Source: a virus. Taken from it: a stretch of 64,000 nucleotides of DNA. The DNA lies in IMG/VR virus record IMGVR_UViG_3300008267_000022, positions 1 to 64,000 of that record; one strand, given 5' to 3'. Numbering within the stretch: position 1 is the first letter of the stretch; the number at the start of each line of letters is the position of its first letter. Both the position numbers and the translations under genes were made by a program. Positions 47,647-59,931 of the stretch are shown in pieces. The notes under the pieces were generated by a model that saw only the letters and a list, made by a program, of their open reading frames with translations, searched no databases and was not told the DNA's origin.

Positions 47647-48582
47647 TCAATAGGTTGCAGAGCATAAGTGGGTTTTATAAAAAGAACACCATTTACAATT
47701 ATCATTTTGTTTTGGTTGGTGTTCTACTTCTTTAAAACCATTCCGATCAAATGCTTGTTCTATAAATTCTTCTATTGATTTTGTTGCTTTGTTTATTTTT
47801 ACTTTTCCCGAAGCAGGGCTATAAGTTTGGATTCTTCTAATTACAAAATCTTCACTTTCAAATATCTTACGTTTTACAATTAAAAATTCAATTTCTATAT
47901 TGTCTTGAGGGATACCGTAAACTTCAGAAAAATATTTTTTATATATTACAAGTTGAAGTTGTTTTTGTTCATTTGATTTTTCTCTAGCACTCCATCCTTG
48001 TTTGCTTGTTTTTATATCTATAATCTTAATTTTATTAGTTGGCTCATGATATAAAACAACATCTAAATATGCTTGAAACATTATGTTAGGAAACTTAGAA
48101 TGTGGATTTAATGTAAGAGGCAATTCAATTCCTACTAAATACCAACCTCGTTTACTAAAATACCTTCCTTTACTTTTAGATAACTCCCTAATAATTTCTA
48201 CTCCATCTTCATAAAACTCCCTTAATTCTTCCGGAGTGACAAAATGCTGGTTGTTATTAGACTTGTATTGTTTTTTGTATTCTTCACGGAGGTTTTCTTC
48301 TAGTAATTCAGAAGTGTTAATTCGATCTGCTTCAGCTCCACTTTTTTCATAAAATGTAGTTAAGTAATGTTGAAGTGTTTCATGGAATGCTGTTCCAAAA
48401 ACAGTATGGATTGAGGAAGTAAATTGTTTATACCCTTCTCTATATTGTAGTGACCATTTTTTAGGGCATTCATTAAACATGGAAAGTTGAGAGTATGAAA
48501 TAGATTTTTGGGTTGCATAATCTATTTGTGGTAAAACCTTAGTTTTTATTTCTTTTAATACAGAAGGTAACTTTTTTTTCAT
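47647..48582 (-). CDS. PD-(D/E)XK nuclease (RecB/Cas4-like)
   Basis: ISYSQL..CP, GT.FH, IIDIKTS, CKWC..C. Confidence 0.85.
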   Translation of the reverse strand: MKKKLPSVLKEIKTKVLPQIDYATQKSISYSQLSMFNECPKKWSLQYREGYKQFTSSIHTVFGTAFHETLQHYLTTFYEKSGAEADRINTSELLEENLREEYKKQYKSNNNQHFVTPEELREFYEDGVEIIRELSKSKGRYFSKRGWYLVGIELPLTLNPHSKFPNIMFQAYLDVVLYHEPTNKIKIIDIKTSKQGWSAREKSNEQKQLQLVIYKKYFSEVYGIPQDNIEIEFLIVKRKIFESEDFVIRRIQTYSPASGKVKINKATKSIEEFIEQAFDRNGFKEVEHQPKQNDNCKWCSFYKTHLCSATY

Positions 48583-48619
48583 TACCTAAAGATATAAAAA
48601 ATTTTTTATTTTGCCAAAG

Positions 48620-48680
48620 AAAAAGAAAACCCCCACGATAGCGACGTTGGGGGTTTCGCCGTTACAGTTTTGTAACGGTC
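48620..48680 (-). terminator. double-hairpin terminator
   Basis: CCGTTACA/TGTAACGG then AAACCCCCA/TGGGGGTTT followed by TCTTTT. Confidence 0.7.
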
Positions 48681-48687
48681 CTAAATA

Positions 48688-49083
48688 TTATTTTTCAGGA
48701 ACTAATCTTTTAAGATCTTCAGCATCTAAAGTAATTTGGATATAGTCTGCTATGGCTTCATACGTAGCTGATGAGCTATTGTTATTTAGGTATCTAAAGA
48801 TTTTAGGGGCTTCTTCTTCGAAGAATATTTCTTCATTATTGTATTGGTCGCCTAAATCATACCCATCTTCATCAGGTTCATAAACTACTGAGAATGATAC
48901 TTGGCCATTATCCTCAATGCTTCCGTAGTATTCGCCAGAGTTTGAATGTAATGTAACTCCTTTTCCATCAGAGTCATATTCTAGATACGCATTATCTTTA
49001 TAATCCTCATTTAATTCAGCGGCATATTTGCTTTCAGTGATAATGCCAGCTAACATTTGCATGCGAAATAGTTCTTTATTCAT
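48688..49083 (-). CDS. putative head-packaged protein (N-terminal QMLAGIITE)
   Basis: Shared AGII motif. Confidence 0.6.
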   Translation of the reverse strand: MNKELFRMQMLAGIITESKYAAELNEDYKDNAYLEYDSDGKGVTLHSNSGEYYGSIEDNGQVSFSVVYEPDEDGYDLGDQYNNEEIFFEEEAPKIFRYLNNNSSSATYEAIADYIQITLDAEDLKRLVPEK

Positions 49084-49084
49084 T

Positions 49085-49321
49085 TTACTTTATAATACCA
49101 GCTCTAACTTGGAGCATTCTACGTTCAGCTAATTGTTCTTCAGAGGCACCTACGATCATATCATAATCACTCATAGATAATACTTTTCCAGCTTCACTCA
49201 TTTTAATTATGTTTTCAGCTACATCATGGAGGTCCATGTCATTCTTAGCATCTTCTCTAGCATATTCGAGTAAACGAATAAATAAAGGGACATCTACTTT
49301 GATTATATCTCGAGGATTCAT
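49085..49321 (-). CDS. hypothetical protein (C-terminal QVRAGIIK)
   Basis: Shared AGII motif. Confidence 0.65.
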   Translation of the reverse strand: MNPRDIIKVDVPLFIRLLEYAREDAKNDMDLHDVAENIIKMSEAGKVLSMSDYDMIVGASEEQLAERRMLQVRAGIIK

Positions 49322-49325
49322 CTTA

Positions 49326-50090
49326 TTATCGTTTAACGTTTTTCCACATAGCAGCAGCTGCTATTTTTTGGCCTTTTTCTCCTCCACCGGCAGCTTTAGC
49401 TACATCTTCAAACCCTTTTCCTTTTTTACCAATATCTTCTCCAGCTTTTGCTTTTTTAACTACTGCTGATTTTTGTTTTGCAGATAAACCAGCTGAAGGT
49501 TTTTTATCTTCTCTTAGCTTGCTTAGTAAAGCATCCAATTCTTCTGGGTTGTTAGTAAAGTAATTTTCTCCACCTTCACCTTTAAGGCTGCTTTTAAGTT
49601 GCATAGCAATATTTCTTGGTCCTTCAGGTGAAAGGAGGTAATTAGCTAGTTCAATCATTTCATCATTTCCAGCTTGGGAAAATTCAAATACTTTAAGGAT
49701 TTTATCTATAGTAGCCCCTACGTTTTCATTTACTTCAGCTTCATATACTTGATTAGCATCTGTTTCTTCATGAGATGGTGCTTCAGGCATATCGTCTTTA
49801 GATTCATATACATCTGGGTCTTTATCTTCTTCTAGGTCTTGCTCTCTATTTTCAAATTTATTTAAATAGCGCTCACCTAAAAAATGTTCAAATGCATCTT
49901 CATATGATTCTTTTACACGACCCTCAAATGGGTTATTGATTGCTCCAATTCCTACAATCCCTCCAGCAACATAGTGTTCATTTAATGAATCTTTTTCTGT
50001 GTTTTGAGATAGCTCTTCAAGTTTAATTCGATATTCACCTTCAGTAATAATACCTGAAAGCATTTGTAAGCGTAGTTGTTCTTTATCCAT
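49326..50090 (-). CDS. putative head-packaged protein (N-terminal QMLSGIITE, basic tail)
   Basis: Shared motif; ATATTTATA upstream. Confidence 0.6.
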   Translation of the reverse strand: MDKEQLRLQMLSGIITEGEYRIKLEELSQNTEKDSLNEHYVAGGIVGIGAINNPFEGRVKESYEDAFEHFLGERYLNKFENREQDLEEDKDPDVYESKDDMPEAPSHEETDANQVYEAEVNENVGATIDKILKVFEFSQAGNDEMIELANYLLSPEGPRNIAMQLKSSLKGEGGENYFTNNPEELDALLSKLREDKKPSAGLSAKQKSAVVKKAKAGEDIGKKGKGFEDVAKAAGGGEKGQKIAAAAMWKNVKR

Positions 50091-50111
50091 TTGAGTATTT
50101 TATTATAAATA

Positions 50112-50330
50112 TTATAGGTTTTTTGCTTCGCGCAATATTTGTAGAGTTTTTTGCATGTATAGCAAATCATCCATTTTTTCCTGGATGCTATGTTCAAGCC
50201 AATCCTCTAAAGATAAATCATTACGATCCATATTAGTACCGTATTTTTGTTTACCAACAGTAGCTCTTGAAACAAATTGATCAATGATTGAATCAACAAT
50301 TGAATCTGTAACCTTAATTTCTCTAGTCAT
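50112..50330 (-). CDS. conserved phage protein, MazG-like helical pattern
   Basis: KYGT.M.R.DL..WL.H..E..D...Y. Confidence 0.6.
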   Translation of the reverse strand: MTREIKVTDSIVDSIIDQFVSRATVGKQKYGTNMDRNDLSLEDWLEHSIQEKMDDLLYMQKTLQILREAKNL

Positions 50331-50758
50331 TGTTTTAATAACTTATTAATTTCTTTTTCTTCTATTCCCATATCATATAACACTCTTCGAGTGCCATGTT
50401 CACGTAAAATATCAATGTACTCTTCAGCTTCGCCTAAACTGCATTCAAAATGTTTTGCTACGTGCTCTACCAAAGTAGCAGGCTTTCTCTTTATTCTTGA
50501 TTTAACGTATTTCAAGAACGTTTTAGTTTTTGGAATCATCTCTCTATAAATTTGATATGTTTGTTGTTTGTTCTCGTATGGTAGAGTTTGAACAAAATTA
50601 GCTAATTCAACATAATTTATATTCATAGATACATATCGATGTATCATGTAGGAGTTCCATTTCTCCCATGATTCTTCCGAAATATTTTCAATAGGAGTTT
50701 TATAGAGGGTGATTTCATTTAACCACCCCCATATATCTTTTATTTGTTTTTTAGACAT
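50327..50758 (-). CDS. putative clamp loader small subunit (gp62-like)
   Basis: YMIHRYVSM...K.FLKYVK; near clamp loader. Confidence 0.6.
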   Translation of the reverse strand: MSKKQIKDIWGWLNEITLYKTPIENISEESWEKWNSYMIHRYVSMNINYVELANFVQTLPYENKQQTYQIYREMIPKTKTFLKYVKSRIKRKPATLVEHVAKHFECSLGEAEEYIDILREHGTRRVLYDMGIEEKEINKLLKQ

Positions 50759-50993
50759 TCAAAGTAATATCTTTATATTCCTCACGAATTTCTTTAGGAA
50801 GTGAATCAGGTAAAATTTTCTTTGATTCTAAATCATAAAAAACAGGTACAGGAATAAGCATATCTTCATCTGATCCTACAAGGAATTTGGATACTTTTCG
50901 GATGATTACTGCTTGTCCAAATAATTTACCCCCATTATCTCCTTCAACTGGGGTTGTGTTTTGGAAGTCGATGTTTAATTGTGGTTTTTCCAT
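50751..50993 (-). CDS. hypothetical protein
   Basis: ORF track. Confidence 0.7.
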   Translation of the reverse strand: MEKPQLNIDFQNTTPVEGDNGGKLFGQAVIIRKVSKFLVGSDEDMLIPVPVFYDLESKKILPDSLPKEIREEYKDITLNV

Positions 50994-50994
50994 T

Positions 50995-51207
50995 TTATTT
51001 ATTTTGATTGTTTATTTTTTCTTTTCTATATTCATAAAAGTCATGAATGAATCCTGCTGCTACTATTATATTCATTCCAAAAGACATTAATATTTCATGT
51101 AAATCAGCATATATCGATGTCATCAAATGAATGTGTCCAACTGTCCAAAAAGGTACAGATAGGTTACTTGATACCCACGAAAGAGTATATTTTAAAAAGT
51201 GCTTCAT
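50995..51207 (-). CDS. small membrane protein
   Basis: Hydrophobic; ATGA overlap. Confidence 0.55.
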   Translation of the reverse strand: MKHFLKYTLSWVSSNLSVPFWTVGHIHLMTSIYADLHEILMSFGMNIIVAAGFIHDFYEYRKEKINNQNK

Positions 51208-52112
51208 ATTACTTCTATAATCTTTGCGATTGCAGACATTATATTAATTTCTTTATCTATTCTAAAATTAGCTTGATGTAAATGTTCATTTAATATTATT
51301 GCAACAGAGCCTTCTTTGCCTGGGGCGTATTTTGAGGAGTGTTCAAATAATGAGCGGTATAGTTCTTCAAAGTCTTTAATATTTGAATCTGCTATAATTT
51401 GTCTAATAGTGAGCCATTTCTTATCACCCATTAATTCTTTTAATACTTCTTTAATGTAATTATTTGAAGTTAAAACAGTTTTATCTAATTGAACATGATC
51501 ATCTTTTATAGACATTTGGATTACATTTAACATTTTCCTCATATCAGGATAATATTGAATAATAAGTGTCTTAAGATCTTCAGGTTGATAAGATAAACTT
51601 AATTGATCTGCTAATATCCAAGTTAAATGATTATAAACATCTTTTTTAGTTGGGGGTACAATTTTAAGTACTTGACAACGTGATTGAAGTGGATCAATTA
51701 TACGTTCAACAAAATTACAAGTTAATATAAAACGTGTTGAGCGAGAAAATGTTTCAATTACGTTTCGTAAAGCCGCTTGCCCTTGAATAGTAATAAAATC
51801 GGCCTCATCTAGTATTACTACTTTAACTCCTTTCCAAGATGCAGCACTAGCAAATCCTTTTACTTTTTCTCGAATTGTATCAATTCCATTTTCATCTGAA
51901 GCATTGATGTAAAGGTAGTCGCAGTCTAAGTTTTTAACTATAATTTTAGCTAATGTAGTTTTACCTGTACCTGCGGGTCCATAAAAAATAAAGTTTTGAA
52001 TATCACCCTGGTCAAGGTATTTTTGGATTATATCTTTAACATTTTCATTACCTACATAATGTTTTAATTCAGTAGGACGAAAACGTTCTACATATAATGT
52101 GTTTTCTTTCAT
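51204..52112 (-). CDS. clamp loader AAA+ subunit (RFC/gp44-like)
   Basis: VERFRP, GPAGTGKTT, NASDE, LDEAD, QSRC. Confidence 0.93.
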   Translation of the reverse strand: MKENTLYVERFRPTELKHYVGNENVKDIIQKYLDQGDIQNFIFYGPAGTGKTTLAKIIVKNLDCDYLYINASDENGIDTIREKVKGFASAASWKGVKVVILDEADFITIQGQAALRNVIETFSRSTRFILTCNFVERIIDPLQSRCQVLKIVPPTKKDVYNHLTWILADQLSLSYQPEDLKTLIIQYYPDMRKMLNVIQMSIKDDHVQLDKTVLTSNNYIKEVLKELMGDKKWLTIRQIIADSNIKDFEELYRSLFEHSSKYAPGKEGSVAIILNEHLHQANFRIDKEINIMSAIAKIIEVI

Positions 52113-52148
52113 AACCTTAATATACTAAAAACTTTTATTAAAACAAAT

Positions 52149-53123
52149 TTATTTTATAATACCTGCTCGAACTTGAAAAGCACGCTTGAGTTTACGTTCA
52201 AATAATCTGTTTGTAATATTTTGTACTTTTTGTTGAATAGCACTTCTTTCTTTACCACTTTTAAATCCTGATATTTGAATTATAGCATTGTCAGGGTTTT
52301 GTTTAGAAATTACTACTTTAACTTTTAAATCTGAGGCTCCTGGTTTTAGTTCGGGGACTTTAGATTCTAGGTCATCCTTTAAATCTTCAGCATCTCCTAC
52401 GCTTAATGGGTCTCCTTCAGGTGTGTTAGTAATATTGTATGAAGGAATAGCAGTTTTTACTGGTTCTTTAGTTTTAGGTTCAGAAGGTGTTTCGTCTTTT
52501 GCTTCTACTGGTTTGATGGTGAAGTCACTTATTCCAGCATTTTTCATTACTGTTCTAAGTACTTTTTCCAAAGTTTCATCATTAGGAACAGTTTTATTAT
52601 CTTTTCTAGGGAACACTATTAATCCATCCTCTTCAACCCATTTTAATATATCTGATTTTTGGGTGATGTCTAAGATAATTGGGATCATAGCTTCAATACT
52701 AGATTGAGGATAAAATACTTTCCAATCAGTAGCTTCTTTTGGTAACTCATCAAAACTTAAATTTTCCCACCCTGTAATATCTAAGCCAGTTCTTGATTGG
52801 ATATCTTTAGCTTTTTTAAGTTTCCACTCGGCATCAGATGAATTCCATTCTTTTCTATTAGCTGGGGTTTTCATGTTAGGGCCTCCACCTGGTCCAAATG
52901 CTTTTTGGATTATAGGGTTAATTGATGGGTCAGCTTGCCTTTGGTAAGTTACGTACTGGCCATATCCGGCATCTTTGTAGTTATTTAGGTCTTCTAAAGC
53001 AGCCTCAACTTGTTCTATCGGGGTTTCTTTAGTAAATAAAGCTACATTTTTTACTCGTCTAAGACCTTTAGAATTGTCTTGGTCTTGATCTTCGTTTTCA
53101 AATAAAAAGTCTAATAATCTCAT
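52149..53123 (-). CDS. putative head-packaged protein (MRLLDFLFE...QVRAGIIK)
   Basis: Shared AGII motif; ATATTTATA directly upstream. Confidence 0.65.
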   Translation of the reverse strand: MRLLDFLFENEDQDQDNSKGLRRVKNVALFTKETPIEQVEAALEDLNNYKDAGYGQYVTYQRQADPSINPIIQKAFGPGGGPNMKTPANRKEWNSSDAEWKLKKAKDIQSRTGLDITGWENLSFDELPKEATDWKVFYPQSSIEAMIPIILDITQKSDILKWVEEDGLIVFPRKDNKTVPNDETLEKVLRTVMKNAGISDFTIKPVEAKDETPSEPKTKEPVKTAIPSYNITNTPEGDPLSVGDAEDLKDDLESKVPELKPGASDLKVKVVISKQNPDNAIIQISGFKSGKERSAIQQKVQNITNRLFERKLKRAFQVRAGIIK

Positions 53124-53153
53124 AATTATAAATATCTAAAAAAATAGGACCCA

Positions 53154-53417
53154 TTACATCGGGTCCCCGTAAATATTAAAACGTTTAACTGGTTCCGGTT
53201 GAATTTCTTTTTCTTCACTTTTTATAACATAAAGTTTACTATCTAAAGGAGCTAAGCGAAATTCTGCTTTTTCTTGATATTTATCAAACCATGCTTCTAA
53301 AACATCGGTAAGTGACTTATGAATAACTTTATTACTATCATTCACAAGCACCCACTGATCTCCAGGGGGTACTCGTGTTGCTATAAGTTCGTGGTATTCT
53401 ACTTTTTCTGTTTTCAT
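53154..53417 (-). CDS. hypothetical protein
   Basis: ORF track. Confidence 0.7.
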   Translation of the reverse strand: MKTEKVEYHELIATRVPPGDQWVLVNDSNKVIHKSLTDVLEAWFDKYQEKAEFRLAPLDSKLYVIKSEEKEIQPEPVKRFNIYGDPM

Positions 53418-53418
53418 A

Positions 53419-55350
<1,932 letters not shown>

Positions 55351-55354
<4 letters not shown>

Positions 55355-55707
55355 ATTTCTACTTTATTTAACATTGATTCAATTCCCTCTTTAACATTAT
55401 TCCAGGTACTAATATACCCTTGAATAGTTTCATATTCACCTTGATTTTGATAAAATTTTTCTTTAGCAATGCGACCTAAGGCATTTTTAAAACTTGTGTA
55501 ATACCCTATAACATTTTCTCTTTCTTTACCAGAAGCTTCAGCTCCTCTAAATCCTTTTTCAGCAATCTTTTTTTCCATTACTGTAAAGTTAGATGCATCT
55601 TTTACAATGTAAAAAGGCTCAATTGCGGGGTCTTTAATAGTACAATAATTGGATTGTGTGTCATTTTCATCCTTAGCAGGACGACCTTTACTTTTTGTTT
55701 CTTTCAT
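55351..55707 (-). CDS. hypothetical protein
   Basis: ORF track; leader. Confidence 0.7.
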
Positions 55708-55775
55708 AACTGAATTTAAATTTATAACTATAATATACTAAAACTATTTTAGATTTCCAAATCTTGTTATAAATA

Positions 55776-56510
55776 TTAAAAGGCACTCTCTTCTTTGCGT
55801 ACCATATAATATTCACATGTTGTGCCCTCTGATTTAAATTCTAATTTCATTAAACCTTGGTAGCTTAAAAATATAAAGCCTTCCTCTAAATCTTTATTTT
55901 CTTTTAAGATATTTCTAAACATATCTGAATTGAATGGTATTTCAACTTTTTCAGGTTGGATTTTACCGTACATCTGGTATGTAATTTTGTTGTTATGGCC
56001 TTGTTCATCTCCAAATGTAAATACACACATGTTATCTCCTTGCATATCAACATCAACTTTAACAGTCATTGATCCTATTCCTGTTAGAGCATTTTTTGCT
56101 TTAACTAGATTATCAACATACTCTTTTTCTAAAGGTAAAACAGCATCCCATTCAGGTTCTGTAACGGAACCTACTTTCCCAATCAACAAAGGGTCTGCTA
56201 AAGCATATGTTAAGTTAAAGGCACTATCCGCAAAATGTAATTTAGTGTAAACATTTTTACCTTTTTCTAGGGTAAACATTAAGTCGCCTGAGGTGATTCC
56301 TAACAGGTTTAGGAATTTCTTTGTATCAAAGATTGCTAATTCACTATCCTCTATATCAAAATTTTGATGTACAATTTTACCTATAACTTCTTTGTTTACA
56401 GACATAAAGTTAATAGTAAGTGTTTTATCTTTGATTTTCCACTTGACGGATTCGTTTTCGCCTAAGTAGTACTTGTTTATAACTGATTGTAAAATTAATT
56501 TATTTACCAT
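55776..56510 (-). CDS. putative DNA polymerase sliding clamp (gp45-like)
   Basis: Size, position next to polB, LAIFDTKKFL, GLMKLEF. Confidence 0.7.
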   Translation of the reverse strand: MVNKLILQSVINKYYLGENESVKWKIKDKTLTINFMSVNKEVIGKIVHQNFDIEDSELAIFDTKKFLNLLGITSGDLMFTLEKGKNVYTKLHFADSAFNLTYALADPLLIGKVGSVTEPEWDAVLPLEKEYVDNLVKAKNALTGIGSMTVKVDVDMQGDNMCVFTFGDEQGHNNKITYQMYGKIQPEKVEIPFNSDMFRNILKENKDLEEGFIFLSYQGLMKLEFKSEGTTCEYYMVRKEESAF

Positions 56511-56542
56511 GTGTTAAATGTATGAAATATTTTTTAAGTATC

Positions 56543-59272
56543 CTAGTTGAAATTAAAGAATTTTGCTTTAAACGGGTTCAAATTTAATACCCACCCAATG
56601 TCATTGTATACGCCTTCCAACTTGTTTCTAATTACACTATCAAACAAACCATCACGATCAATATACTTATTAATTAAATCTGTTACCTCAGATGGATCGT
56701 TATATCCGTTATACCCCATTACTTCTATTTGGTATGGGTTTGGTTTTAAAATAGCAATATACATTTTATCTCCAATTGTAAATTCGGGATACTTTACATG
56801 AAGGTTTTTATGTCGTAAATAGTCATTGTAAATAATAGCTGCTTTTGTATTAACAGGACATTTTAATTTTAATTTAGAGAATAACTCACCAGGCATAGGT
56901 TTACGCTCAATATATTCACCCATTTTCTTTAATCCAGTTGGTTTAAGTAATTTAATCCACTCTACAGTTTGAATTGAGTTTTTAAAGTCCATTACATCCT
57001 TATCTATTTCTTCTTTTGATTTACTAAATAAGATGTTTTTGATAAGCTGTTCTCCAAAGTTTCTAAAGTAAGGGGGGAAATTAGATTTCATAATATCCAA
57101 TCCTTTCATTTCAAGTTCCTCAATTGGTACCCCCTCTTTATTTACAATATACATAGCATAACGACGTTTACCGGACCAATATGCTTTTTCAGCAATTACT
57201 TCTTGTTTTAATTCAAAATAATGCTTGCCATGCATATTAAATAAATCTTGAGTAATATTATTTAAATTAGCATTTGCTACTGTTTGAAGTTCACTTGTTA
57301 ATGTTAATAATCGTTTAATTTTTTCTTCACGATCATTATAATCTAAATCAGGATTGCGTTTTTTAAGTAAATCCGTTAACTCCATATAAAGTGAATCTGT
57401 ATCTGAAGCGATAACAAATGTTTTAGGGTCAATTTCAAGTTGGTCTGATATATATTGGTTTACAAAAGTGATTGATTCTTTGGTTAGGCGTTGGCCACTG
57501 TTTGTAATTGCTGCAGAACATATTTTAAATCCATCAGTAAAGCGCCATGAATTAATTGCATATGTACCGTATAAAGCGTTTTGTAAGATTTTAAATGCCA
57601 TTTGGTACAAATCATATAATTTATAGTTTGCCCAATCTTCTGCTTTACCTGCTTTTTTCTTAAGTGCTCTATAATGCTCTCGTTTTCCAAACCAATCTTC
57701 TAATACTTCACAAGCAATACTTTTTTTACTTGTTGTAAAAAATGCTCCACTAGCAGATATGGTCCACTCATTATCTTCTATAAGTCTAATAAGAGCACCT
57801 ATTGTTATATTTGCATCTTTTAATTTATAAGAATATTTATTTAATCTTTGTATGTGGATTTTTTCTTCAGGGTCACGTTGTTTTAATTGTTCAAGTGAAT
57901 TATATTGCTCATAATTAGTTTTAGTAACAATTCTACCCATTAACGTTTCAACACCTAAATTCAATGATTTAATAATTGAAGGATATAGTGAGGTAAAGTC
58001 AAGGTCACTTACATCTGAGTATAATCCAGGTATAGGGTCAAGTAGGTAGCCTCCAGCGTATGAGTCTTTTTTCTTAATAGTTTTAGGGTTTCGAGCAATG
58101 TACTTCCCAGCTGCTGTTTTAACTATAACTTGATTTTCTTCAAAACTATAAACAATACCTTCAACGGTTGGAGTACCTCGTTGTTGCATAACAGGATCAC
58201 CTAATTCTAATTCTCTAATTAAAGGGTTAGTAGTAGTTGGTTTGTTAGGTGCAATTATATTTTTACGTTTTAAATACGTTAAAATAGCACCTTCATTCAA
58301 TGCTGTATTGTAGTAGATAGATTCGTAAGGTGTATGGCATAGGTGGGAAATTAAAATAGTTAATTCAATAAACTTTTGTTTTTCCTCTAACGCCTCTATA
58401 ATCTCAACATCTCGAATATTATAATCTATAAATTTATTTGGATCTTCTTTAAATAAGGTATCTAAATTACCATTATATTCAATTTTACCTAATTTAGCAT
58501 ATTTAGTTCCAATATCACCTAACTTATATGATGGTTCTTCCTTCATAATATATTTACGAAGCAAATGCATATAGTCTAAGCTATTAACTAACCCAATACG
58601 AATCGGCGAATTTGGTTGAGATGGTACTTCTTCAACTTTACCCACAGGAGATAACCGATTTACCGCATCTCCTAAACGTTTTTTAATTCTGTAATATAAA
58701 TATGGAATATCAAAGAAATCACTGTTATAACCTACAACAATAGTAGGGTCCATTTGTTCCCACTTGCTTAAAAATTTATTTAATAAAGTGTTTTCATCAG
58801 GACAAGGTACAACTTTTTTACCCTCTGAATCAATTTCTTCAATGTTATTTGCTTTATCTAAAATAAAGCATATTTTTTCTTTAGTAGAGGTATCAATTAA
58901 AGCAATTGCTGTTATTTCAGCATTTGCTTCTTTAATTGTTTGGGGTGTAAGTGCACCTAAAATTTCAATCTCAATATCTAAATAAACTGTATTATGGTAA
59001 GATGGCATTTCATCGGTTTCGGAATATAAATCTCTTAGTAATACAATTTCACGATCAATATCTTTTTCTAAGATAGTAGGATCTTTTCTATCGTATTTAC
59101 CTTGAAGAGCAGAACATCTATCACCAAATAATGTTTCAAATTCACCATCTTCATCAAGTTTATAAACAGTGGGCCAATATTGGAATTTATGTATTCCTTT
59201 TTTATCATCCCGTAGAAAATAATGCCATTGATCTTCTCCAGGTAATCTATTATAGAAAACCGATTGGTACAT
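56543..59272 (-). CDS. family B DNA polymerase
   Basis: DIE, GYNSDFFD, YN..D, DFTSLYPS, K...NALYG, SDTDS. Confidence 0.96.
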   Translation of the reverse strand: MYQSVFYNRLPGEDQWHYFLRDDKKGIHKFQYWPTVYKLDEDGEFETLFGDRCSALQGKYDRKDPTILEKDIDREIVLLRDLYSETDEMPSYHNTVYLDIEIEILGALTPQTIKEANAEITAIALIDTSTKEKICFILDKANNIEEIDSEGKKVVPCPDENTLLNKFLSKWEQMDPTIVVGYNSDFFDIPYLYYRIKKRLGDAVNRLSPVGKVEEVPSQPNSPIRIGLVNSLDYMHLLRKYIMKEEPSYKLGDIGTKYAKLGKIEYNGNLDTLFKEDPNKFIDYNIRDVEIIEALEEKQKFIELTILISHLCHTPYESIYYNTALNEGAILTYLKRKNIIAPNKPTTTNPLIRELELGDPVMQQRGTPTVEGIVYSFEENQVIVKTAAGKYIARNPKTIKKKDSYAGGYLLDPIPGLYSDVSDLDFTSLYPSIIKSLNLGVETLMGRIVTKTNYEQYNSLEQLKQRDPEEKIHIQRLNKYSYKLKDANITIGALIRLIEDNEWTISASGAFFTTSKKSIACEVLEDWFGKREHYRALKKKAGKAEDWANYKLYDLYQMAFKILQNALYGTYAINSWRFTDGFKICSAAITNSGQRLTKESITFVNQYISDQLEIDPKTFVIASDTDSLYMELTDLLKKRNPDLDYNDREEKIKRLLTLTSELQTVANANLNNITQDLFNMHGKHYFELKQEVIAEKAYWSGKRRYAMYIVNKEGVPIEELEMKGLDIMKSNFPPYFRNFGEQLIKNILFSKSKEEIDKDVMDFKNSIQTVEWIKLLKPTGLKKMGEYIERKPMPGELFSKLKLKCPVNTKAAIIYNDYLRHKNLHVKYPEFTIGDKMYIAILKPNPYQIEVMGYNGYNDPSEVTDLINKYIDRDGLFDSVIRNKLEGVYNDIGWVLNLNPFKAKFFNFN

Positions 59273-59289
59273 AACTTTTATTTAAATTT

Positions 59290-59931
59290 TTATTTAAAGA
59301 ACTTACTTAGATCAGGTCTGAAGTAGTTAATATTTTTCATAACTTTTCTATCGCGTGTTCTATAGACGATAAAATATTTATTAACCTGTTCATAGTGACA
59401 TGGTTCCTTTTGCTCTGCGGAACGTACTCTAACGGTTTCTTGTGCCTCTTCTTCACTAATGCAAGCTTTACTAAGATTCGATGCTTGTACTTCTTGATAT
59501 GCGGGCCATACTTTATCCTTAAGACCATGTAACATAGTGCCGTTACCAAGCGAAACGTAGGTAATGTCACATAAAGCATCAAGCACTTCAACAATATTGT
59601 TTGTCTCACAAGCATGTTTATATTCCTCGAGTTCTTCCAAAATAAAATTATAGACAAACATCCACTCCTTCTCGTCGGGAATGACCGGGTTATAATTATT
59701 GGGTTTTCCCATCACTGCATTGAATTCTTCAACTTCTGATATAAATGGTGTGTATGTTTCTTTTAGGTCATTGATTTCTTTATTTAATCTATTCCATTCT
59801 TGGATTACATCATTTCCAAATTCAATTTTAGACATTACAGAAAGATCTATTGCTTGGCCTTTTAGTAGTTCGATTAATTCTTCTTGTTTTTGTTCTAGTA
59901 GTGTCATATTAAATAGAGGTTGAAGGGTCAA
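59290..59931 (-). CDS. MazG-like NTP pyrophosphohydrolase
   Basis: EELEEY, EVLDALCD, VQASNLSK. Confidence 0.8.
   Translation of the reverse strand: MTLQPLFNMTLLEQKQEELIELLKGQAIDLSVMSKIEFGNDVIQEWNRLNKEINDLKETYTPFISEVEEFNAVMGKPNNYNPVIPDEKEWMFVYNFILEELEEYKHACETNNIVEVLDALCDITYVSLGNGTMLHGLKDKVWPAYQEVQASNLSKACISEEEAQETVRVRSAEQKEPCHYEQVNKYFIVYRTRDRKVMKNINYFRPDLSKFFK

Noticed and set aside
47647-48582. Cas4 as part of a CRISPR system
   Set aside because: Stand-alone PD-(D/E)XK nuclease common in phages; no array or other cas genes
56543-59272. Intein or intron in the polymerase
   Set aside because: Continuous ORF of ordinary length, with no intein terminal residues around the insertions
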